Notes under the pieces: generated by a model
What the model was told of the DNA's origin: nothing
The model's database searches: none
The model's input: only the letters and a program-made list of their open reading frames with translations
Program-made: the position numbers and the translations under genes
NCBI GenBank assembly: GCA_028282585.1
Contig: JANQHR010000049.1
Span: forward strand, 1 to 64,000
Length of the DNA stretch: 64,000 nucleotides
Source of the DNA: Bacteroidales bacterium
GTDB taxonomy: Bacteria; Bacteroidota; Bacteroidia; Bacteroidales; UBA12077
Direction: 5' to 3'
Shown: positions 10,267-20,307 of the stretch, piece after piece
Position numbering within the stretch: the stretch's first letter is position 1
Layout: each line of letters begins with the position of its first letter

Positions 10267-12702
10267 ATGAAGATTTCATATAATTGGGTAAAAAACTATA
10301 TAAATACGGATTTATCAGCCGAAGAAGTTGCAAAAATACTTACCAATACCGGGCTAGAAGTAGAAGGAATAGATCACTTTGAATCGGTTAAAGGAGGATT
10401 AGAAGGATTGGTAATTGGGAAGGTAACTTCATGTAAAAAACATCCTAATGCAGATAAACTTTCGGTTACCACTGTTGATGTTGGTACTGGAGAGGAATTA
10501 CCAATTGTATGTGGTGCTCCAAATGTAGCTGAAGGACAAAAAGTTATTGTAGCTACCGTTGGTACAACACTTTATTCTGGTGATGAGGAATTCAAGATCA
10601 AGAAGGCAAAAATGCGTGGTGAGTCATCTGAAGGAATGATTTGTGCCGAAGATGAAGTTGGATTAGGAACATCACATGACGGAATTATGGTTTTAGATGA
10701 TTCTGCTGTAGTTGGAACGCCAGTCAAAGAATATTTTAACATTGAAACTGATACTGTTTTTGAAATAGGATTAACTCCAAACCGTGTTGATGGTGCTTCA
10801 CATATTGGAACAGCAAGAGATTTAGCAGCTTTTTTGAAAACAAAACTTTTAAAACCTTCTGTTCAAGAGTTTAAAGTAGATAATCATAATCTTCCTATAG
10901 AAATTATTGTTGAAGATAAAAATGCTTGTCCTCGATATACAGGTGTTACAGTTACTAATGTTAAGGTTAATCCATCACCAGAATGGTTACAAAACAGATT
11001 AAAAGCTATTGGACTTAATCCAATAAATAACATTGTGGATATATCGAATTTTGTTTTACATGAAACAGGACAGCCATTGCACTTTTTTGATGCAGATAAA
11101 GTAGAAGGTAATAAAGTAATTATAAAAACATTAGCGGAAGGAACTTCTTTTATCACCTTAGATGAGGTAGAAAGAAAACTTTCAGCTCAAGATTTAATGA
11201 TATGTAACGAAAATAATGGTATGTGTATAGCTGGAGTTTTCGGAGGCATTAGATCTGGTGTTACTGAAAATACTAAAAACATTTTCATAGAAAGTGCTCA
11301 TTTTAATTCGGTTTATGTTCGACAAACGGCAAAAAGACATGATTTACATACAGATGCATCTTTCCGTTTTGAGCGTGGTTCTGATCCAAACAACACCGAA
11401 TATGCATTAAAACGTGCTGCATTATTGTTAAAAGAAATTGCGGGCGGCAAAATCTCTTCAGAAATTGTTGATATATACCCTGATCCTATTTTAGATTACA
11501 AAGTAGAACTTAGTTTCAGAAATCTGAAACGATTAGTTGGTAAGGAAATTGAAAAAGACGTTGTTAAAAATATTCTTGAATCATTAGATATAAAGATTAT
11601 CAGCGAAAATGATCAAAAATTAAGCCTCGAAATTCCAACTTATCGAGTTGATGTACAAAGAGAAGCTGACGTTATTGAAGAAATTTTAAGAATTTACGGA
11701 TATAATAATGTCGAAATCTCCGAACATGTAAATTCGAGTTTATCATATTCTCCAAAACCTGATAAAGAAAAAATACAGAATACGGTTTCTGATATTTTAA
11801 CAGCAAATGGTTTCAATGAAATTATGTGTAATTCACTTACAAAAGCTGATTATTACAATGAATTGGAATCATATAAGGCAGATAAACTTGTTAAGATCTT
11901 TAATCCCTTAAGTAACGATTTGAATGTAATGCGTCAAACATTATTATTCGGGGGATTAGAATCTATAATGTATAATCGAAATCGTCGTAATCAGGATTTA
12001 AAATTATATGAATTTGGAAATTGTTATTATTTGAATGGTTCGGAAAGTGAGAATCCATTAAAGAAATATAGGGAAGAACAGCATTTTGCACTATTTATTA
12101 CAGGAAATAAAACCGAAGAAAACTGGATTATGAAAGAAGAACCAACCAGTTTTTTTACATTAAAATCGCATGTTGAAAATATTTTAGAACGATTAGGGTT
12201 CGATCTAAATCAGGTTACAGTTGAAGATTATTTTTCTGATTTATTAACTGAGGGTTTGAATTATGAATTAAATAATAAACCGTTAGTTCATTTTGGGATT
12301 TTAAATAAGAAACTATTAAAGTCATTTGATATAGATACAAATGTTTATTTTGGTGAGTTTGCCTGGGATAACGTGATCAAACTATCAGCAAAAAATAGTA
12401 TTCGCTATGCAGAAGTTTCTAAATATCCTGAAGTTCGCCGAGATTTAGCATTATTAATGGATAAATCGGTTAAATTCTCTAATATTAAAGAATTAGCTTA
12501 TAAGACAGAAAGAAAACTTTTAAAGAAAGTATCATTATTTGATGTATTCGAAGGAGAAAAATTAGGAGCAAATAAAAAATCTTATGCTGTAAGTTTTATA
12601 TTACAAGATGAAAATAAAACACTTACTGATAAGCAAATTGATAAAATAATGAATAACTTTATCAGGGTATTTGAAAAAGAACTAAACGCACAAATTAGAT
12701 AA
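10267..12702 (+). CDS. pheT: Phenylalanine--tRNA ligase beta subunit
   Basis: MKISYNW, HPNADKL, IVCGAPN, TPNR, RFERG, C-terminal FDX-ACB domain. Confidence 0.98.
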   Translation: MKISYNWVKNYINTDLSAEEVAKILTNTGLEVEGIDHFESVKGGLEGLVIGKVTSCKKHPNADKLSVTTVDVGTGEELPIVCGAPNVAEGQKVIVATVGTTLYSGDEEFKIKKAKMRGESSEGMICAEDEVGLGTSHDGIMVLDDSAVVGTPVKEYFNIETDTVFEIGLTPNRVDGASHIGTARDLAAFLKTKLLKPSVQEFKVDNHNLPIEIIVEDKNACPRYTGVTVTNVKVNPSPEWLQNRLKAIGLNPINNIVDISNFVLHETGQPLHFFDADKVEGNKVIIKTLAEGTSFITLDEVERKLSAQDLMICNENNGMCIAGVFGGIRSGVTENTKNIFIESAHFNSVYVRQTAKRHDLHTDASFRFERGSDPNNTEYALKRAALLLKEIAGGKISSEIVDIYPDPILDYKVELSFRNLKRLVGKEIEKDVVKNILESLDIKIISENDQKLSLEIPTYRVDVQREADVIEEILRIYGYNNVEISEHVNSSLSYSPKPDKEKIQNTVSDILTANGFNEIMCNSLTKADYYNELESYKADKLVKIFNPLSNDLNVMRQTLLFGGLESIMYNRNRRNQDLKLYEFGNCYYLNGSESENPLKKYREEQHFALFITGNKTEENWIMKEEPTSFFTLKSHVENILERLGFDLNQVTVEDYFSDLLTEGLNYELNNKPLVHFGILNKKLLKSFDIDTNVYFGEFAWDNVIKLSAKNSIRYAEVSKYPEVRRDLALLMDKSVKFSNIKELAYKTERKLLKKVSLFDVFEGEKLGANKKSYAVSFILQDENKTLTDKQIDKIMNNFIRVFEKELNAQIR

Positions 12703-12703
12703 A

Positions 12704-13222
12704 ATGCCGCAAATAGAATTGGTTAGAGGCGATATTACTAAAATGGAAGTGGACGCTATCGTTAACGCAGCTAATAATTCCCTTCTGGGAGGAGGTGGTG
12801 TTGATGGAGCCATTCATCGAGCTGCCGGACCAGATCTATTGGAAGAATGCCGTGCTTTAGATGGATGTGAAACGGGCGAAGCTAAAATTACAAAATCTTA
12901 TATGTTACCATCTAAATTTGTAATACACACGGTTGGCCCTGTGTGGCATGGTGGTGAAAATAATGAACCAGAATTATTAGCCAGTTGTTATATAAACAGT
13001 TTACAAATCGCAGTAAATAAGAAACTGAAATCAATTGCATTTCCCAACATTAGCACCGGTGTTTATCGTTTCCCAAAAAATCTGGCTGCAGGAATTGCAA
13101 TTCGAACAGTAAATAATTTTCTTAAAGAAAATAAAAAACTAAAAACGGTTTATTTTGTTTGTTTTGATGAAGAAAATTATGAGATCTACAAAGAAAAACT
13201 GATAAAACTATCTCTAGAATAG
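12704..13222 (+). CDS. Macro-domain O-acetyl-ADP-ribose deacetylase (YmdB-like)
   Basis: [36 protein letters not shown]. Confidence 0.93.
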   Translation: MPQIELVRGDITKMEVDAIVNAANNSLLGGGGVDGAIHRAAGPDLLEECRALDGCETGEAKITKSYMLPSKFVIHTVGPVWHGGENNEPELLASCYINSLQIAVNKKLKSIAFPNISTGVYRFPKNLAAGIAIRTVNNFLKENKKLKTVYFVCFDEENYEIYKEKLIKLSLE

Positions 13223-13247
13223 CAGATAAAGGCTAAGATTATTAAGA

Positions 13248-14141
13248 ATGATTAAAAAAGTAAAGAACTACCTCTCTCTTGTTAAATTCAGTCACACCAT
13301 TTTTGCAATGCCCTTTGCCTTAATAGGTTACTTTTTGGCCTTGCATCAAAACCGCCTGCCGAATGGGCAGGTCAAAGCAGAATTCGAATGGAAGTTGTTT
13401 TTATTTGTAATCCTTTGTATGATATTTGCTCGCAATGCAGCTATGGCATTTAACCGTTTCATAGATAGAGAAATTGATATAAAAAATCCAAGAACAGCTA
13501 TTCGTGAGATTCCTGCCGGGCTTATTAAAGCAAAATCAGCGCTTTTATTTGTTATAGTTAATTCTCTACTTTTTATTGCAACAACTTATTTTATAAATAC
13601 TCTGACTTTTAAACTTTCTCCCGTTGCATTATTAATTATTTTGGGATATAGCGTAACTAAGAAATTTACTGCACTCTGTCATTTAATTTTAGGTTTAGGT
13701 TTATCTTTAGCACCAATTGGAGCCTATCTGGCAGTAACTGGCGAATTTGCTCTACTTCCAATTCTATATTCATTTGTTGTTTTGTTATGGGTAAGTGGTT
13801 TTGACATTATATATGCTTTACAAGATCTCGATTTTGATAAAGAAGAAGAGTTAAAGTCTTTTCCCGTCTTTTTTGGGAAAAAAGGAGCGTTAAATGCTTC
13901 AATCTTATTACATATATTAACGGCATTAGTTACTCTTTATGCAGGATATTCCGGGCAATTTGGGTTGCTTTACTGGATTGGCTCTGTTATTTTTATAAGC
14001 TTATTATTTTTCCAACACACATTGGTAAAACCAAATGACTTGAGCAAAGTTAATATTGCATTTTTTACAACTAATGGTATTGCCAGCGTAATATTTGCAG
14101 CTTTCACAATAGCCGAATTAGTTATTGATATTTGGTTCTAA
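13248..14141 (+). CDS. UbiA-family prenyltransferase (MqnP-like)
   Basis: KFSHTIFAMPFA, NRFIDREIDIKNPRT, FDIIYALQD. Confidence 0.88.
   Translation: MIKKVKNYLSLVKFSHTIFAMPFALIGYFLALHQNRLPNGQVKAEFEWKLFLFVILCMIFARNAAMAFNRFIDREIDIKNPRTAIREIPAGLIKAKSALLFVIVNSLLFIATTYFINTLTFKLSPVALLIILGYSVTKKFTALCHLILGLGLSLAPIGAYLAVTGEFALLPILYSFVVLLWVSGFDIIYALQDLDFDKEEELKSFPVFFGKKGALNASILLHILTALVTLYAGYSGQFGLLYWIGSVIFISLLFFQHTLVKPNDLSKVNIAFFTTNGIASVIFAAFTIAELVIDIWF
13352..13372. repeat. Short GC-rich palindromic element in frame within the UbiA gene
   Basis: CCGCCTGCC-GAATG-GGCAGGT; GC-rich island in an AT-rich CDS, encodes RLPNGQV. Confidence 0.5.
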
Positions 14142-14335
14142 ATAATTTTTTTATCTATTTTTACCTTGGGTTTATCAACAAATTTTAGAGTTTAGCGTTT
14201 TTTTTTAAACATATTATCATAATTATCGTACGGCTAATGTGTAAATAGTTGATAATTATTATCATTAAAATTTGGGAAATAATACCTATTTATAGTAGTT
14301 TTGAATTAAATGACGTGCTGAAAAGAACAATAGCA

Positions 14336-14749
14336 ATGAGAAAGATTATATTAGCTGTTTTATGTTTGCTTGTTTTTAAGATTTCAAATTCTAATAATCT
14401 GAACGAATTAAATAATAGTTTGTTGGTTAATGACAATACAAATACGGAATTAAACCTTACAAACAATTACCAACAATTTAAATTCCAGGTTGCAAATTTT
14501 GGAACCGAAAATTATATAGACTATGGAAGTCTTAAAAAAAGAAAAAGAAGAAGAAGCGGTGATACTTTCATCTTGTATGTTGCAGGAGGAATTGCAGTTG
14601 CAACAGCAACCCTGATTTTAGTAAATGATCCTGAAAATTTCACAAATAATAGTTCGTCCGGTGTAACAACAGGAATCGCCCTAGGAGGAACCGTTGCGGG
14701 TGGTTTATTTGTAACCAAATACTTTGTCGACAAAAACAAACGAAGGTAA
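14336..14749 (+). CDS. Hypothetical exported/membrane protein
   Basis: Start moved to ATG 14336 (MRKIILAVLCLL); Asn-rich region, KKRKRRR, two C-terminal Gly-rich hydrophobic helices. Confidence 0.6.
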   Translation: MRKIILAVLCLLVFKISNSNNLNELNNSLLVNDNTNTELNLTNNYQQFKFQVANFGTENYIDYGSLKKRKRRRSGDTFILYVAGGIAVATATLILVNDPENFTNNSSSGVTTGIALGGTVAGGLFVTKYFVDKNKRR

Positions 14750-14770
14750 ATAACTTAATTTAAGTTTAAT

Positions 14771-15907
14771 ATGAAATATTTTAAACTTAATCTCATTTTA
14801 ATTTTTCTATTTCTATCATTTCAATCTTATTTATTAGCTCAAAAAGAAACTAGTTTAGTAACAACTTTAAAAGAACATTCGGATGAGGTTCATTCAATCG
14901 CTTTTTCTCCGGATGGTAGTGAATTTATAAGCGGATCAAAAGATGAATCTATTATAATTTGGGATTTTAACGCTTTTCAACCAATAAAAACAATACAACG
15001 ACATTATGCTACTATCTATGAACTAGAATATTCAGTCAACGGTGAATATTTTTTTAGTGGTGGAGATAAAACTATAAATGTTTGGGATAAAAACGGGAAT
15101 TATATTAACTCTCTTTCAGGTCATACAACAGCTGTGTGGTCAGTTGGGGTTTCTAATGATGCCAAGTTTTTAGTTAGTGGATCATTCGACAATAATTTTA
15201 GATTCTGGAATGTTGAAAAAGCTGAAACGATCCATGTTTTTGATAACAATAAAAAAAGTGTTTTAGCAGTTGCTTACTCAAAAGCTAATAACCTTATAGC
15301 ATGCGGGAATCAAGATGGTTCAATTGAAATATATACTTTCGATAATTTTGAACTAATACATTCTTTTTCAGGGCATGGAGGTAATATTTATTCGTTAGCA
15401 TTCAGTAACAATGGTAAGTTTTTAGCAAGTGCATCACGCGATAACAATATTAAGGTCTGGAATTTAGAGAAAATGGAAATTTTCCATGTGTTAACAGGTC
15501 ACGAAAGAAGCGTGATGAGTATTAAATTTAGTAATAATGATAAATACCTTGTATCAGGTTCCTATGATACTTCTATTAAATTATGGGATGTTATTAAAGG
15601 CGAAGAAATTTATACTTTCCTTGGTCACAGTATGCCTGTAAATGATGTTGATATAAATCACAATAACAATTATATACTAAGCGCATCTGCGGATAAAACC
15701 CTAAAAGTGTGGGAATTAAAACCCGAAATACTTGTTAATTTTTATTTTGAAGAAGAATTTCAGAATGAACTAAATGAATCGGGTTTATTTGAACCCAGGA
15801 AAACTTCCGAATCTCGATCAGTTTATAAAGCACGACAGAAAAAAGCAGAATTATACAGACTAGAGCTTTTGCAAAAATTTATTAATCAACTGGATAAATC
15901 TAATTAA
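14771..15907 (+). CDS. Secreted WD40-repeat beta-propeller protein
   Basis: Signal peptide and about 7 GH...WD/WN/WE repeats. Confidence 0.92.
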   Translation: MKYFKLNLILIFLFLSFQSYLLAQKETSLVTTLKEHSDEVHSIAFSPDGSEFISGSKDESIIIWDFNAFQPIKTIQRHYATIYELEYSVNGEYFFSGGDKTINVWDKNGNYINSLSGHTTAVWSVGVSNDAKFLVSGSFDNNFRFWNVEKAETIHVFDNNKKSVLAVAYSKANNLIACGNQDGSIEIYTFDNFELIHSFSGHGGNIYSLAFSNNGKFLASASRDNNIKVWNLEKMEIFHVLTGHERSVMSIKFSNNDKYLVSGSYDTSIKLWDVIKGEEIYTFLGHSMPVNDVDINHNNNYILSASADKTLKVWELKPEILVNFYFEEEFQNELNESGLFEPRKTSESRSVYKARQKKAELYRLELLQKFINQLDKSN

Positions 15908-15950
15908 GTTTTAATCTATTTTATTATTTTCGCAGCCCAAATTTATCGTA

Positions 15951-16832
15951 ATGCAGAATTTAATTTATTTTATATTTTTAATATCCATTTACTTAATTGC
16001 CGTCATTCCTTTCTGGATACTTTATCCATTATCTAATTTTCTTTCTTTCTTGTTTTATCATGTTTTTAAATATCGTAAATCAGTAATTATAGATAATTTA
16101 AAAAAATCTTTTCCTGAAAAAACCGACAAGGAAATAAAATCTATCGCAAAAAAAACGTACGTTAACTTAACTGATCTTATTGTAGAAAGTATTAAAACTT
16201 TTACAATGTCAACTAAGACTGTAAAGAAACGTTTTAAGGTAATTAATCCTGAAATTTTGGACGATTACCACCAAAAAGGACAAAGTATCATTGGAGTTAC
16301 GGGACATTACGGGAACTGGGAATGGGGAGCAATGGCTGGAAGTTTGCAAATAAAGCATCGAGCTGTAGCAATATATAAGCCTTTAAAAAACAAGTATATT
16401 GATGGATATATAAGAAAAACCCGCGCAGAAAATGGAACCTTGCTTAAATCAATCCATAAAACAACTGAAACATTCGAGAATTTTAAAAATCAAACTTGCA
16501 TATTTCTATTAGTTGCTGATCAAAGTCCTTCCGCTGTAAAAAAGGCTATTTGGGTTGATTTTTTAAACCAAGACACAGCATGCCTTCACGGTCCTGAAAA
16601 ACATGCTGTTAACAACAACTACCCTTTAGTTTATTTGGATATACAAAGGGTAAAACGTGGATATTATGAATTAAAAATTGAAAAGCTGGTCGAAGAACCT
16701 ATAAAAACCAAAGAAAGTGAAATAACCAGGTTATACATGAATAAACTAGAAAAAATTATTCGAAAAAAACCGGAAGATTGGCTATGGTCACATAAAAGAT
16801 GGAAACGAACGCGCAAAGATCTTTTGAATTAA
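15951..16832 (+). CDS. Lipid A/lysophospholipid acyltransferase (LpxL/HtrB family)
   Basis: GHYGNWEW, ADQSP, PEDWLWSHKRWK. Confidence 0.92.
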   Translation: MQNLIYFIFLISIYLIAVIPFWILYPLSNFLSFLFYHVFKYRKSVIIDNLKKSFPEKTDKEIKSIAKKTYVNLTDLIVESIKTFTMSTKTVKKRFKVINPEILDDYHQKGQSIIGVTGHYGNWEWGAMAGSLQIKHRAVAIYKPLKNKYIDGYIRKTRAENGTLLKSIHKTTETFENFKNQTCIFLLVADQSPSAVKKAIWVDFLNQDTACLHGPEKHAVNNNYPLVYLDIQRVKRGYYELKIEKLVEEPIKTKESEITRLYMNKLEKIIRKKPEDWLWSHKRWKRTRKDLLN

Positions 16833-18535
16833 AAACTGTAAACAAATCCAACTCCTAATAATTCTTTGAACTGTCCCTTTTTTGTTACCCCAACCTGCTG
16901 ATTGTCTTCAAAGACCGGAATATCAACATCATGATCATAAATATAATGAGCATTTACTGATACAGAAATATAATCGGTAAGTTTCATTTTTAAATCTATT
17001 TCCAGGTCAACATCAATATTCTGAGGTTCATTCATGTAATTTGTAAAAAAAGTTATTTTGTTCTCTATATTAATATTATCCCTAATTTTAAGTTTAGATA
17101 TTGCTTTAATAAATGCTCCTATTTCCTTTCTAACATATTCATTTTCTCCTATACCAAATCTTGTTTGATCAAACCTTACCGTATCAGTAACCATTGTAAA
17201 TTTTGATGTAATCGGTGAAATAAGTATAGTTAATTTATCACCGGGCTTATAATCAAGACCAAGAGAAAAAACTAAATACGCCGGCGAAAGGAATTCTGAA
17301 ATTACATTAACTGTTGAATCATTTATATACTCTTTTCCTTTAAAAAACTGAGTTTTAAAATTTAATAATGCACTATAGTACCAATTATTTACGGCAGAAC
17401 GACCATATTTTGCATTTATCTCAAGTTTATCATCATTCTTTCTCAGATCGTTATCACCAGCTTGAATATAACCCAACCTATACTCATAATCTGTGTCCAG
17501 ATTACGGATTTTCCCATAACTATAGTCAACACTATATTTTAATATAGACAATGTTGAAATACTACTCTCCCCTCCTTTTGTCCATGAATCTGAGATATAT
17601 CCCTGGTTAAACCTTATATCGGCACGACCATCAAATTTCCAGATTGGTAATATTTTACTAAACCTTTTTACTTCTCTTAACTGCGGTAATCCAGACTGGA
17701 CTTCTAATCTTTGATTAACAACCTTTCTTTGCCGGGCTTTTTCAATATAAATTCCATCCTCCAAATGAATATCAAATGTATTTACATTAGATTTTTTTAT
17801 CCAAAGAGTAGCGTATTCTCCCCTGTTATCAAATAAATTTAAACGAACAGAATCAATTTGATCTTCAGCAACATTAAACAAGATAGAATCCTTCTTAATA
17901 TTTTTAAATATTAAATTAATTGAATCTTCAGGAATATTTTTTAATAAATATTCAACTGCATAAAAAATTGAATCTCTATGTTTATATAAGCTAGTATCGT
18001 TATATTCCGTTTGAAATAATTGTCCTAAATTAACATTTAAGTAATTAACTACGGTATCAATTTCTTGTTCTGTTTTATAATTAATCAGCCTAAAAATAGC
18101 TTGCTTTAAAGTATCATTTACTATTATACTATCGCGAATAATTAGTTGATTTAAATCATATCTTACAAAATCAATTGTGTCTGGTTCTTCAAAAAATAAT
18201 GAATCCCGAGCTAAACTCAGGAATTTATCATAATAACTAATCTCGGGGATTAAATCATCAAAAAAAATAAAATCCGTTTGATTAATAATTATAGAATCTA
18301 TATTAGTTGTTATTTCAATTGAAACCGGGTATAATATTGTATTTAAAATTGTATCCTGCCTAATAAAGCCCTCTTGAATATCTAAGCTATCGTTTATAGA
18401 ACTGTTTAAATTTAAGGAATCTAGTGCAACAATGATAGTATCGGAAACTTGTATGGAATCTTTATTGGGTATCTGTGCAATTATTTCTTTTCCAAAAAAA
18501 AATATTAGTAAGAATATAAGTACTGCCCTATACAT
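16829..18535 (-). CDS. DUF3078-domain outer-membrane protein with long D(S/T)x-rich N-terminal extension
   Basis: C-terminal FNQGYISDSWTKGGES, KNDDKLE, FLSPAY, QFKELLGVGFVYSF. Confidence 0.75.
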   Translation of the reverse strand: MYRAVLIFLLIFFFGKEIIAQIPNKDSIQVSDTIIVALDSLNLNSSINDSLDIQEGFIRQDTILNTILYPVSIEITTNIDSIIINQTDFIFFDDLIPEISYYDKFLSLARDSLFFEEPDTIDFVRYDLNQLIIRDSIIVNDTLKQAIFRLINYKTEQEIDTVVNYLNVNLGQLFQTEYNDTSLYKHRDSIFYAVEYLLKNIPEDSINLIFKNIKKDSILFNVAEDQIDSVRLNLFDNRGEYATLWIKKSNVNTFDIHLEDGIYIEKARQRKVVNQRLEVQSGLPQLREVKRFSKILPIWKFDGRADIRFNQGYISDSWTKGGESSISTLSILKYSVDYSYGKIRNLDTDYEYRLGYIQAGDNDLRKNDDKLEINAKYGRSAVNNWYYSALLNFKTQFFKGKEYINDSTVNVISEFLSPAYLVFSLGLDYKPGDKLTILISPITSKFTMVTDTVRFDQTRFGIGENEYVRKEIGAFIKAISKLKIRDNINIENKITFFTNYMNEPQNIDVDLEIDLKMKLTDYISVSVNAHYIYDHDVDIPVFEDNQQVGVTKKGQFKELLGVGFVYSF

Positions 18536-18627
18536 TATTTTATTGTTTTTGAGTGTTTTAAACCTATTTTGGTTTTAAAAATATCATACAAAAGTATCTA
18601 ATTTTATGCAATTATTTTAGAAACTTG

Positions 18628-18635
18628 TATATTTG
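18628..18635 (+). promoter_or_regulatory. -7 box (TATATTTG) for the leader peptide-tnaA transcript; divergent -7 box TACTTTTG at 18589-18596 serves the DUF3078 gene
   Basis: Exact TAnnTTTG matches back to back. Confidence 0.65.
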
Positions 18636-18656
18636 TGCCGCACTAAAATATATAGC

Positions 18657-18737
18657 ATGAAAATATCAATGAACATACTATTTTCATCTGGACGCGTTTA
18701 TCTTAATATCAAAAAGAGAGACTCATATCACTTCTAA
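18657..18737 (+). CDS. Putative leader peptide upstream of tnaA (MKISMNILFSSGRVYLNIKKRDSYHF, 26 aa)
   Basis: Hand-translated ATG..TAA between the promoter and tnaA; followed by alternative hairpins and a T-tract. Confidence 0.5.
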   Translation: MKISMNILFSSGRVYLNIKKRDSYHF

Positions 18738-18749
18738 GTCTCATATTTC

Positions 18750-18771
18750 AAAAGAGTAAAACTCTTTTTTT
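18750..18771 (+). terminator. Weak attenuator-type terminator in the tnaA leader
   Basis: AAAAGAGT-AAA-ACTCTTTT plus TTT. Confidence 0.4.
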
Positions 18772-18811
18772 AATTAATTACTAATTTGTTAAATCATAAA
18801 ATTATTATATT

Positions 18812-20188
18812 ATGGAACTTCCATTTGCAGAATCATATAAGATTAAGATGGTGGAAACCATCAAAAAAAGTACACGCGAAGAACGTGAAAAATGGATTAA
18901 AGAAGCAAACTATAATTTATTTAGTTTAAAAAGCAACCAGGTTTTCATCGATTTGTTAACTGACTCGGGAACTGGTGCTATGAGTGACAAACAATGGTCG
19001 GCTATGATGCTTGGTGATGAAAGTTATGCCGGAGCTTCATCATATTACAATTTAAAAAGTACAATTAAAGATTTATTAGGTTTTGATTACTTTCTTCCAA
19101 CCCACCAAGGTAGAGCCGCTGAAAATGTGTTATTCTCGGCAACGATAAAAGAAGGTGATATTATCCCTGGTAATTCGCATTTTGATACAACCAAAGGGCA
19201 TATTGAATTTAGAAAAGCAAAAGCCGTAGACTGTACTATTGATGAAGCATTTGACACAGAAATAGATCATCCGTTTAAAGGAAATATAGACCCGGTTAAA
19301 CTTGAAAACACAATTAAAGAATATACACCAGAAAAGATTCCTTTTATTGTACTTACCGTAACTTGTAATACATCTGGAGGTCAACCTGTTTCTATTGAAA
19401 ACATGAGAGATATTCGCAATATTGCAGATAAATATAACATACCTGTTTATTATGACTCAGCTCGTTTTGCTGAAAATGCTTATTTCATTAAATTACGCGA
19501 AAAGGGATATGAAAATAAAACTATCAAAGAAATTGTAAAGGAAATGTATTCTTATGCTGATGGCATGACTATGAGTAGTAAGAAAGATGCAATTGTTAAT
19601 ATGGGTGGTTTTATTGCTTTAAAAAGTGAAGAAACCTTTAAAAAAGCAACTGTTTTTAATATTGTATTTGAAGGGTTTATAACTTATGGAGGAATGTCGG
19701 GTCGTGATATGAACGCTTTAGCACAAGGATTGGATGAAGGAACAGAGTTCGATTATCTGGATACAAGAATCAAGCAAGTAGCCTATTTAGGTCAACGACT
19801 GACCGATTTTGGTATTTCAGTTCAAAAACCTTTTGGTGGGCATGCAATATTTGTTGAAGCTAAAAAGTTTTTACCACATGTACCTAAAGAACAATACATT
19901 GCTCAAACCTTAGCCGTAGAATTATATTTAGAAGCAGGTATTCGTGGTGTTGAGATCGGAACACTTTTAGCGGATCGTGATCCTGAAACCAGAGAGAATC
20001 GTTATCCTGCTTTAGAGTTGCTAAGATTAGCAATTCCTCGCAGGGTTTACACGAACAATCATATGGACGTTATTGCTGTAGCTCTTAAAAATGTCTTCGA
20101 TCGTAGAGATGGAATTAGAACAGGATTTAATATTCTGGAAGAGGCACCAATAATGAGACATTTCACGGTTAAACTGGAAAAAGCTTAA
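18812..20188 (+). CDS. tnaA: Tryptophanase (PLP beta-eliminating lyase)
   Basis: DLLTDSGT, THQGRAAE, MSSKKD PLP lysine; C-terminal RHFT (His, tryptophanase type, not RFFT). Confidence 0.88.
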   Translation: MELPFAESYKIKMVETIKKSTREEREKWIKEANYNLFSLKSNQVFIDLLTDSGTGAMSDKQWSAMMLGDESYAGASSYYNLKSTIKDLLGFDYFLPTHQGRAAENVLFSATIKEGDIIPGNSHFDTTKGHIEFRKAKAVDCTIDEAFDTEIDHPFKGNIDPVKLENTIKEYTPEKIPFIVLTVTCNTSGGQPVSIENMRDIRNIADKYNIPVYYDSARFAENAYFIKLREKGYENKTIKEIVKEMYSYADGMTMSSKKDAIVNMGGFIALKSEETFKKATVFNIVFEGFITYGGMSGRDMNALAQGLDEGTEFDYLDTRIKQVAYLGQRLTDFGISVQKPFGGHAIFVEAKKFLPHVPKEQYIAQTLAVELYLEAGIRGVEIGTLLADRDPETRENRYPALELLRLAIPRRVYTNNHMDVIAVALKNVFDRRDGIRTGFNILEEAPIMRHFTVKLEKA

Positions 20189-20203
20189 TAAAACCAAGTA
20201 GTT

Positions 20204-20232
20204 AAAACCTCGAATTTGATTCGAGGTTTTTT
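20204..20232 (+). terminator. Intrinsic terminator of tnaA
   Basis: AAAACCTCGAAT-ttg-ATTCGAGGTTTT plus TT. Confidence 0.8.
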
Positions 20233-20307
20233 ATTTATAATAATTTCTTGGCAAATTTTGATAATAGATTTTATTTGGGCAGCTTTGCAAGACTTTAAAT
20301 ATTTTTA

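Noticed and set aside
10267-12702. pheT without adjacent pheS; gldFG without adjacent gldA
   Set aside because: Separation of these genes is common in Bacteroidota
18812-20188. Tyrosine phenol-lyase call
   Set aside because: The C-terminal RHFT and overall resemblance to Bacteroides tryptophanase favour TnaA; not tested experimentally
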